Below the pieces are notes generated by a model that was given only the letters and a program-made list of their open reading frames with translations, did no database searches and had not been told where the DNA came from. A stretch of 35,142 bases of DNA from a virus. Taxonomy: Duplodnaviria > Caudoviricetes. Shown here one piece after another: positions 1 to 12,000 of this stretch (the first letter of the stretch is position 1; the number at the start of each line of letters is the position of its first letter). The stretch is from positions 1 to 35,142 of IMG/VR virus record IMGVR_UViG_3300032320_001130; one strand, given 5' to 3'. Position numbers and translations under genes: made by a program.

Positions 1-3000
1 CTGCATAATAGAATCCATTTGCATAAATTACACTATTCAATTGATCCGGTGCTATACTAATTGGGCTAGTATCAAAACTAGCATCATCAAATGCAGCCGT
101 GTCAAATAGTACAGGATTACCAGTTGTTATCCAATTTTGTGCATCAAAGCTAACTATCATTGGATTAGCTTTTGTTTTAGTAGTAACTACGTATTGATCG
201 TTAAAATATGATATTCCAGTAACATTCAATACTACATCGGCAATCTTATAGTTTTGCCATGTTATCCCATCATTACTAATTAACACAAATGAATGATCGG
301 CTGAATCTCCTATGGCTATATAACGATTACCATCATTTAATATAGCCTTGATATTAGAATCACGTGGATAAAACGGTTGATCCTTCAATTCAAAATCTAA
401 CGGTAATTCATCGTCAGGGCTAAAAGTATTACCATAGTACGTATTATTAGGATATGATATACCTTTAACTAATTGTTGCAAATCTTTAGGTGGCATATTA
501 ATTGCCGGCTCATAGTATGCAACAATTCTATCAAGTGCATTCAATAATCTGTCATCGCTTTCAAGTTCTACCCATTTAGATTTTATAAATGTTCTATCAT
601 TATTACTTTCAATACAACGCCAAACTTTGTTATCATAAGTAACAATGGACGTTGAGTCATATTTAAAACTCATACCATAATATATTGGCTCAGGAGCATA
701 TGCAAAATCACTGGCTCCACCTTCATATATAAATTCAGAATATCTAACTGGAATTCTCATTGAAATATCTTTGTATACTTCTGCTTGTGACTCGTTAATT
801 GGATTCAAATAGTAAAGATTGAATACTCCAACTGCGGAACCAGAGATTCTAGCATATTGAATGCCACCGGGTTGAAGACCGTCGACTGCATCAGTATAAT
901 CAATGTTAATGATAGCATCATTTTTTCCAGTGACACCTCCCAAACTTGCACCCGGAACAACAATAGTATCATTGGCTCTATAAATAGAACCTGTATCTAG
1001 AATTTTAATGAAGTAATTATTTGCCAATCTACCAGGATTAAATCTAGGTCTATATATTTCAATCTTGGCCCCACCAGCACCAGTGTCATCATATACATAC
1101 GGTGGAATTACACGATAGAAATATATGCTTATGCCTCTTAGTTGACCGGGTTTAATTATAGTTGGTGAATAATCTAGTTCTACAACAGCATTATTTGATG
1201 AGTTAACTACACCTGTTATTGGCAATACTGCACCTTGAAAACTAGCCAAATGTGCATCAATAGCAAGCCCTGACGTACTAAAAGTTTTAATTACACCCGT
1301 GTTTACTGGTGTACCTGTTACTGTACATGTATCTACTTTACCATTTGATGATATGCTAGTAACTCTAATAGTTAAATTGTTAGCAGGGGTAGTACCGTTA
1401 AATCTACTGCCATCCATGTAAATCAAATCGTTAACTTGATACCCTGTTCCATAATAGAAAGGATCAATAATTGCAGTATATGTAGAACCGTTAGATGTGA
1501 TATTGAATCTAGCATTAACTCCACTACCATTGGTGCTATCTTGTAACTGACGCACATATGTTCTTTCAATTGATGTTACTGTAATTACGCAATCATTAGT
1601 TGTATTGGCCCCGGCTAATCTAGAACCTAATATTCTAATAACATCATTCTGTCTATATGCCGCACCTACAGTTGTCATTGTAACTGAATAGTTACCACCC
1701 AATAATACATTATTGATAGTAAACTTGGCATCGGTAGAACCACTTAAACTTGCGGCAGCAGTCATGTTAGTATAAGACCTGCTATAGTATAATAATGACA
1801 TATTACTTGAACTCTTGTCATTATTTGTTCTACTATAAGGACTTGACCAAAATTCATCAGGCTTCCATGCTTGAATCTTTGGAACGTAGCTTGTTCTATC
1901 AAAACGCAATGTATTTTGAATTCCTCTAACTAAACTGTTACTTGTTATAGGTATAGCACGTGCAGTAAGTTCCATTCTATACTCAGTAGTTACAGAAACT
2001 ACTGGTGGTTTGAATATCATTTTATCAGTACCACGAATACTGTTAGCACGTGTTTTATGTAAAGTAATTGATATTATTTCTTCTTCTTCTACTTTAGCTA
2101 CAACATATACATAATAGTAACCGTTTTTTATTGAACCATTATTTGTAGATAATGCGGTAACTCTTATTAAATCACCGGTTTCAAAGAAAGTCGTAGGGAC
2201 TAAAACCGTATTGTTAATATAGTTAATTCTAGTGTCAGTAAAGTCAACTGAATAACTACCTGAAATTATAATCTGCGGAGATACTGGATAATTCTCACCT
2301 GGGTCTACTACTTTAACACCTATTACTTTATCTCCTGCCATGATAGGCAATAGATTTGCTTCACGGGTAGGTGCTGGATATAAATCAGTATCAACATATG
2401 CAGTTACTGTTGGAGGGTCAATATAATTACGTCCGGTATCTAATACCACAACACCCGGTAGATCCATATATATTACTGCGCCTGGATAATGCTCGGTCAC
2501 ACTTGAATTGTATAATCCTCGTATCACACCCGATACTACACCTGTTTCTCTATCTACACCGGCGTATCCAATCAACTCATCGTCAACTTTCATTATACCT
2601 TGAATTGGAATTCCTCTAGCATTATCTAACTTTAATAAGTTACTAGTGGTTTTCATATAGTTTGCTAATACAGCAACTGATGAATTTGGGACTGACTCTA
2701 ATTTTAAACCATAATGATTAAACCAGTTTTGATATTCAGTGTTTTGCCAAATAGTATCAGTAAATAAAAATTCATTGTTAACTGTGCTAATGTCAGAGAA
2801 CTTTAATTTAGGAGTTTCAAATCTATCAATACTAGCATTATACTTAGGAGGTAAATCAAAGTCAGTTATATCTCCTGTATAAGGATCTAATCCATTATAC
2901 TTGAATCCAAATTCTTTAATAATACTGTGATATGGTTTAACTTCATTGACAAAACCACTAATCAAGTTTTCATTGTCACGCTGATATTTCTTTTCTTGCT

Positions 3001-6000
3001 CTAGGTTACGCACTGTATATACTACATCTGCAAAACTAGTTTTGTTTAACCATGGCAAGTAGTTATGAGCATCTGTGTTTTCACTTTGAATATACTCAAA
3101 CATCAATATCAAACTCTTATTTCTATACTCTAGTAAAGGACCTGTATAGATTTGTTCGTTCAATGCTCTGATAATATTTCTAGTTTCAGTTGAAGGATAT
3201 GAATCATATGATACTGTATCATAGAAGTTATCACCAAAACCAATCTTATTAGTTTGATAATCCCATAACGTATCTAAGAACTTGATTGTACCATCTTGTA
3301 AGCCAACTCTAATCCAAGCACTATCTGTATATGAATATACTTCTCGTTTATCCTGACCGTTCTTAGCAACACCTACCAATAAGCCTTCTTTAGGAGTTAA
3401 TCTTAATAAATCAGGATATGATGCTACTTCTATTGCAGTCTTAGACTTATCGCTATATCCCTCTGCCCACCAATATATGTGTGTCCAGTAATCTCTAGTA
3501 TTATGATAATCACCGTATTCAGTTAAGAATGTTAAATTACCAAATTCACTTATAGTGTATTTTGCCAATATGCTATTAGCATATGCCAAATAATTTTTCA
3601 AAGCATTAAATCTATTGATGAAGAAGCCTTGTCTTGGGCGTACATTGACACCTATTTGCAAATAGCTAGGTAAATTAATATTAGGTACAGTGGCACCAGT
3701 TTCGTCTACGCCTGACAAACTATCTAAGAATCTATCATATAAACTTTCAGGATATGTGTAGCCACGTAGTTTATTAACAAAGCCTGGTAAAAAGTCTTCC
3801 GGATAGTTACTTCTTATCAATTTGTATTCATTATGTGTTTCTACTTCCCCGGAACCAGTACTAAATCCAATGTGCATATTTGTATTCAGACCGTTGATAT
3901 ATTCACGGCTATTATACAACGCAAATGTGTCTGGTTTTAATGGAGCAAAATAACTTATACCTGAACTTTGTGGGTTAGAAATATATTGTTCAATAACACT
4001 ATCAGTTAATGTTTTAGTTCCGTATAACGTGTTGGTTTTTCTTACCCAGAAATAATATCTAGGTACTAAGCTATTATTTGAATTGATAGCGAAAGTAACT
4101 GTATAACGTTCTAAATCATATGGGGTGCCGACACCTGTGTAGAATGCCGGAGTAACATCACTTTCAATCCATGTGTATACTGCTACAGTACTTCCCGGGA
4201 ATACATTACCCCAATGTTTAGCATTATACACTAAATCATCTTGATGATAATTCATAAACTTGACAGTACTAATATCAAACCATAATTTACCAACTTGAGT
4301 GTTACTCCAAACTATACTGCCATTTACAATAGCAGGATTATTATAGCCTGCAGGATCTACTACAGATATAAAATCTAAATTTTCTGCTACAACACCCAAT
4401 AATTTACCACGCAATGGGTCAAAATAATCTAACGAATCTAAATTACTATCATCTATGTTAGAATACAATTGAATGCGTTTAATTTTATCAACATCTACTA
4501 TAGGGCTAGATTTTCTATGTGCTGACCAATTTGGTTTCTTCGCATCATTAACATAAATTACTGCTCTTCCGCCCACGTTATCAGCCTTAAAGTTAGGACT
4601 ACCAACCATAACTACATAATCATTAAATGCAATTGCTGAACCATATAATGGTTTTTTACCATAGTCAGACTCTAAATCGTTTAATGATTGAGCATAGATA
4701 TATTGTCCAGTGTTCAATAGACTTTCAGCATATGGCTTCACATAATCATACATGTATACAGCACCTGCCTCAGTGAACTCATCTTCAAACTTAGTTAAAT
4801 GATTATCAAATACAGTATCGTTGTGTGAATAGTCATCATCGCTAAAGTCAAATTTGGTGCTTACAAATCGTGAACCAAAAGGTGCAGATACAATAAAGCT
4901 ATTAAACTCATTAAATTTTACTAAATGTCCAAACCCAGTGCTATTTTGCTGATGTGGGTTTCTGATAACCTGTGTCTTTGTATACGGAGCGATCCCCATT
5001 AGATAGTAATAAGTACCATTGAATACTTGCAGTGATATTTTGTTATTGTCAGGGAATAGATTCATATCACGCAATCTGATAACCAATCTATTATCTTCGG
5101 TTACATATGCAAACACGTTAGTTATTGTTGCAATATTAATAGCATCCGCAATATCATATGCATCACCGTTTGGAATAGGTACACTATATCCGTTAATTAA
5201 CAAATAAGTTGCACCTAATACGTTATTGGCTGCGATAAATGCGGTGACTCTGCCAAATCGTTTACCTTCATTAGTATAACGATATACTGCACCTTCTTGA
5301 CCTGCTGGGGCAGATGGGATAGCGCCTTCTCTGGCTGTTGCAGTAGTTATTCCACTACGGTCATACGGTGCACCAACAATCAATTCACTGCCTGTGCTGT
5401 TACATGATACACTTGTACCAAATTGTTGTCCTGCTATTACTCCATTCCAACCTTCATAGCTTGCCAATTGTTGTTCTAATACAAAATTTACACTGCTTAA
5501 TGATACAATATCACCTGCTTTAACGCGCGGGCCAATTAATACTAGATTCAATATAATTATGTACTTACTCTTTTCAATTCGTACACCATTGATATATAGT
5601 TGACTTCCACGACCAGGACTCCATGGTAAGTATAATGCATAAAATGAGAACGGCGGACTATCATATTGCACGGTCCATGTTTCAACTAATCGTGAATGTA
5701 CGTATACGTATCCAACGTCAGCAATTACCGGTAATTCAGGATTAGCTGACCATCTAAAGTTAGCCTTAGGGGCGCCTACAAATAGTTTTGTTCCATCATA
5801 TGTAGTTGCAATACTATAACCGTACTTGTCTCCAACTTGGCTAAATGTACCTGCATTAATCAAATTCAATATTGAAAAATTATTGTTTACAGTACGTATG
5901 TAAGTATCCATTACTTGTGTAGAGCCGACTGTAAATAACACAGTTGGTGCAATATTATAACCAATACGTTCAACAGTATGAATAGTAGTCGCATCTGTAC

Positions 6001-9000
6001 CACTATCATATTCGGCTGTTATCACAGTTACATACTTTAATAATGCTGCCGGTGTATATACTTTGATTGCATTAGAATTATTATTAGTAAATGAAGTAGT
6101 ATTCAATGAATCTAAATATGTAAACAAATCGACATAGATATAGGCATTGATAGGTGTGAAGAACTTAGAATTTCCGCCGGTATATAATGTGTTTCCACCA
6201 AGCAAGTACGGATCAGAATTTTGCCCAATAGAATTAATTTTATAATCAGCAGGATCACTATCCGCAGAGAATGTTATTGATGTATCATTGGGTATATACC
6301 CGTTACATAACAAATAGTATTTTCTATGATTGTTCAAAAAATCTATTAAATTTTGATTAGTTAATCCTAAACCTACTCCAGTAGAATATGCACTCTCAGC
6401 AGATGCTTGTTTAACTATAACAGTTACACTATCACCTAAGGTTAATGCATTGTTGAATACAATTTCAGCTCCGCCCGCTAATAACGGGGTCAGTGTATAA
6501 GTAGATGAACTTTGAGTTACTGTATTAATCTTAACATCAATTACAGACTTACTATTAGGAACAAATGTTAAGACAAACGATTTAGTAGAATAATTTGATA
6601 CTGTGAAATAGTTTCCTTGAGGAATATAACCAAACTCCATTACATATGAAGTTTTATATTGTGAATACTTATAAAAGGTTACACGTCTGCCGGGCTTAAA
6701 TGCAGCCGCAGTTAGTCCTGTAACATGGTTACCTTTAACTACAAACTGTTTATCTAATGGAGTTGTTGTGTTTTTTAATACAATACCTGTAAATGTGTTT
6801 ACTAAATCAACATCACGTTGAAATGCAATGATACTGTTAAAATTAATAGCACTTAGGTATAAGAAGTTACTGTCTCCACTGAACGCCATACTAGTACCAA
6901 TATCAGATTGACCAACGGTTATAACCTGTTCTTCAACTAATGCTTCAACCTCAGGCATTTGTACAATACGATACACATATATTTGAGTGCTAGAATTGCC
7001 CGGACTTGATACAACCATAAACTCATCATTACGTGCAATAGTTTTGCCAAATGGCGCAGTTTTAGTAATAGTGTTTCTTAATAAGAACCCACCATTGGCT
7101 GCTTTGATATATTGATATAGTTTTCCAGCGCCTGGATCGCCGACAAAATATCCTAACTTAGGAATATATGCAACACTTGTGCCAAATGTTTCGTTATTCA
7201 AACTTCTAGGATTAGCATTATTAAACTTCGAAAGTTCATAGTTCAATGTTTTACGGTACACAACCCAGTCGTTGTTTACATCTTTATCAATCCATACTGT
7301 ATTCTTATTGTATTCACTATCCATTAATGGTAGTTCTAATAATTTTGTAGGGCTAGACAATCGCTGACTTTGTAATTTAAACACCATACCAGTGCCAGAT
7401 GGAGTTATTAAGTTGATAGTGTTTACTATTGCTAAATCTACAATAATAGTTTTACTATTGCCTATGGCTGACACAACATAATATCCGTCTACTCTATAAT
7501 CGTAATTAATAATACCAATTGCATCATATTTTGATAAATTGTGCGGTCTGTTAAAAGTTATGGTGACTGTATCATTTAGATTATTAAGAACTGTTGTTAT
7601 TGTAGCTCCCAAAGATACAGGGGTATATACATTCCAATCCCCTTGTTTATCAGCAATCCATATATAATCATTAGCGTATACATAACCTACTGTATTCTTA
7701 TCTAAGCGTTCTATCGTGTATCCTGTTAATGATACATCATCTAAATTTACATATCCACTATTAGGCATTGCTATCAACGGATCATTAGTAACAACGGGCA
7801 TTACATTAGTATTGTTTAATATTCTTCCATAGTTTACTAAACTGTGTAATGGTACTTGTTGGTGAGCGCCCGTCACCGCTACTCCATTAGTAATACCAAC
7901 TATAGCTGGGTTACCTGTCATCATTGTTTCATTTAGGGTGAACTCTATAAAATTGTGATTTAATACTCCACCATACTCTGCTGATTTAATAGCCCAGTTT
8001 TCATAGATATCATATTCTAAAGTATGGTTCTGTAATTCAATTCCTTGTAGTATGTCTAGACCGTCTCTAGTACCTTTACTACCAATCATATTTTTATAAA
8101 CACCAATTTGTGAACTATCGTTCAAATTAGCATCAGCTAGATAATTGCGTGGTCTATACCCAATCAATGAGAACCCTAATATGTCTCCATCGCTTTCTAG
8201 ATTTCCTCTAAACTCATCATAGTACAACATTGATTCGTATGCTCTAGTACTAGGATTAGGTAATAATCCCTCATGTATGTTATTATAATTTGTTTTTAAC
8301 CAATAGTTATAATTAAAGGTAGTACTAGGAGCAATGGTTAATTCATTAGCCATCCAATATTCACGTTTGAATCTTACTATCGTTCCCTTATTATATTTTA
8401 CATTAGGTGTCCAATCTAAAACATTATTCTCATTTAGAATAAATCCAGGTGCAGTTATGGTGCCGTCCCAATCACTAGTTTTAGTACCTCTAACATATAA
8501 TCGTTGTTGACGTAATCCCGTAGTTAAGTTAAAAATCACATCATTAAATACGGTTTCATTATCAAACACTACTACATGTTCTGTATTGCTTAAATCCAAT
8601 TGAGCATAATTGATACTATCACCCTCAATCAATACCTTAACGTCAAAGTCATTGTCTTTTCTAAGAATAGACAAATCTTTTATTTGTATTGGTAATGAAT
8701 TTTGATTCAATATAAAATTATCACGTGCGTATGACAATGATTGCACTACGTAATTTTGTTTAGTGATAGTTAAGTTATTAGCACATGGATTTAGATTGAT
8801 AGAGCTTCCTACTTCCCAACCAGATTGATTCCAATATAAGAATTCGACTATCATTTGCTTCCAATTCAATTCAGTAGAATTTTCTACATCCATGAATTTT
8901 AATCCTTGTGTCTCTAAATATTTTCCATAATTGTTTACAAAAATAGATAGTGATTGTTCGCTAGTAAATTCGTGACCATACTCTAGTATTCTAACTTCAG

Positions 9001-12000
9001 TTGTAAAATCTGAAGGTAATTGTATTGTCGTTGAACCCATACTGACTTCAGTATAACTACCACTGGAGATAGGTACTAGATATTTGAAGTATGCTTTGTT
9101 TTGACTATTTCCGTATACTCTAAAACCATTATCAGTTTTTTGCACAATAACGCTACTATATATGATAGTATCGTCAGGTTCATTTCTATATAGTAATATG
9201 TCATAACTATCATCAGGTATCAATAAACTATTATTCTTGCTGTTTGGAGAACCCTTTTCAACATAGAAATTCAATTGATTCTTATCACTGTACCCGGCAA
9301 GTTTATATACCAATCTAACATCCAAACTAGATAACAATGAATTCAGTATAGTGCTGCCTTCAAGTCCATATTGTTGCAGATAATCTACCATCCAATTTAA
9401 GTAACTATGTGATGCAGTTGTAGCATCAGTGCCGTATAATGTTACAATGTCAGTAGTAGTTCTACTTCTATTATTAGCCAAATATTGTTTGAATTCTGTG
9501 TTATACTTGTATGTGTCTAAATTCAATCCCAAAGAGAAGAACATTGCAGGTTTAGTTAATGCAAATAATCGCATTAAATCAAAAGGCCATGTGCTACTTT
9601 TTAGATAAGCATACTCAGCCGGGCCAACATCTCCTATCTTCCAATCTTCTTTGAAAGAACGTTGATTATAATTGTTAACTACTGAAGTAAACGGGCTTAA
9701 CAAATTACCATGCTTATCTACTGGTATAATTTTAGATAGTTCTGGTCTAACTCGTTTAGTATTAATGTACGGGTCTCCGTCATTCCAAACAAAACCTTTA
9801 CTTAAATCATCCCATAATAAATCATTGGTACTAGTATAAGGAGCATTACCATAACGACTAGCCCACCAATTTGGTTTGTTAGGTAAACCTAACATTTCCC
9901 ACGGTGTGAGATGAGGTGATACTGTATCATATAACCAAAGATATATTGATCTCCAGCTTCCTCGATTGAATGGTAAATTATCTAACTTATTAGTAGCTTT
10001 AGTGTAATTCCATGTATACTCATCAGTACCATCATAATACTGTTGTTTAAATTCTATACGATTTAATCCTGCCCAATTCAAGAACATTGTATTATACAAT
10101 GTCATAAATTCTTCACGTGAATATTCTGTTTGTCTAAAGTACCCACCAATAATATCATCTTGCTCAATAGGAATCTTAGCGTTTACTTTAATATTGTTAT
10201 AGATTCTCATTTCAAACTCATACAACACTTTATCTCTAAAATCTTGCAAGAATCCATCATTATATTCTCCGTACAATCTAGTCAATGAACCGTCATGTCC
10301 TTTTAACATAAATGTAGGTTGTAGATAAGTATCATCTAAAATAATATCAGGTATATATGTTGGATATAATCCTAATTTTGTAGGTGTGTTAGGAACAAAA
10401 CTTCCGTATGTTTGGTTATACTCTTTAACTGTGACTACATCATTTTCGACCAACTTAGTCATTACCAACAAATAAGGATCAGTTTCAGAAAGAACATAAT
10501 CTACATTTCTTATCATTTGTATGACTTGGTTTATGCCATTTTTAAACCTAGATACATAAACTAATACCCCATTATAATTTGCATTTGAAAAGTCGTATGT
10601 TTTAGTTAAAGGATAAACTGTATCACCAATCCCTACTTTGAAAGTGTATGTGTTGGTAACATATGCTGTTTTACTAGGTAGCATGTCACTCCAAAAGAAA
10701 GGATTACTTTCACTTTTGGTACTTGATATAATATCTAATGCATCATCCAGCATATCAGAACCTGATTGGTAAGGAGTATAGTTTTCTCCGTTAACAGTAG
10801 ATACTAGTAATGACTTAAATTTTACATATTCGGTAGCGTTGTATGAAACACTATTAAAGAAATTATAACTTTGCTTTCTTATAATAGCAGCCGGGGTAGG
10901 TAATGAAGCACTGTTTTGAACGATTCTCATTCCGTATGGCACTACGTTTCCTAAGTCTCTATAATTGTTTGCGCCGAAAGCGGCACCGGTTAAGTTAGGT
11001 ACATTATTGCATATACTTTTGAAATGTCCGCGTATATCGCCCGAATTTATAAGAGATATTTGTGAGTTGAATGGGTTATGATCCAAGTTACTAGGTATTT
11101 GATAATAACCGGTTGAACTAACCTGATCGCTATATATCATAATATCAACAGTAACACCGTTGGTCAATGTATCATTTATTTGAATTATAGTTGTATTTGC
11201 AGTAGTGCTTACGGTATAACCAGAAGTATCTATTCTGTTATTATCTACATACACAATGATAGTAGGCCATTTTGTAGTAGATGAATCTTTTGCCGCAATA
11301 TCGCAAACAAATGTTTGATTACTGATTACTGCATCATTGTATAACAAATTAAATATTTGATATTGAAAACTTTTCTCTACGGCTGTTTCCCAACCAATCT
11401 TACGTTTGTAAGAATCTTTGGTTATAAATTGATGAACATAACCAGTATTCACCGGTTGATTAATTGATAATCCATCATACACATAGTTAAAAGTTGCACT
11501 ATTTAGTGAAACGTCAAACACGATATCACTTATATTTCCTACACCACTATATCGAATAGGGAATTTTAATACAGTATCATCTACTCCTGAACTTTCTGCA
11601 TATTGAAACAGTGTACAACCAGTGAAGTCCGTACCTGGATAATATTCCAAATTGCTAAAACTTATACCATTACTATCAAAAATATCAAACAACGGTGGTT
11701 GATTAATTCTTTCTTTTCTTTGGGCACTGATCCACTTATCTCCGTCAAAATATAAACTATATCCGCTGTTACTAGTACCTTTAGTAATAATGATTTGATC
11801 CAGATAGTCTACATCACCGTCGACCGCTTTACTCAAAGTAACAATTCGTTGACCGTTAACTAATGCTACGGTAGCTACATATATTTTATTTCTAACTTCT
11901 ATATTATTGTCTTTAGCAAATACAATTCTTGCGCCATCATATAATAATGAGTCAGCACCGTCTGGATGATAATTTGTATTTCCACCTGATATAATTGATA

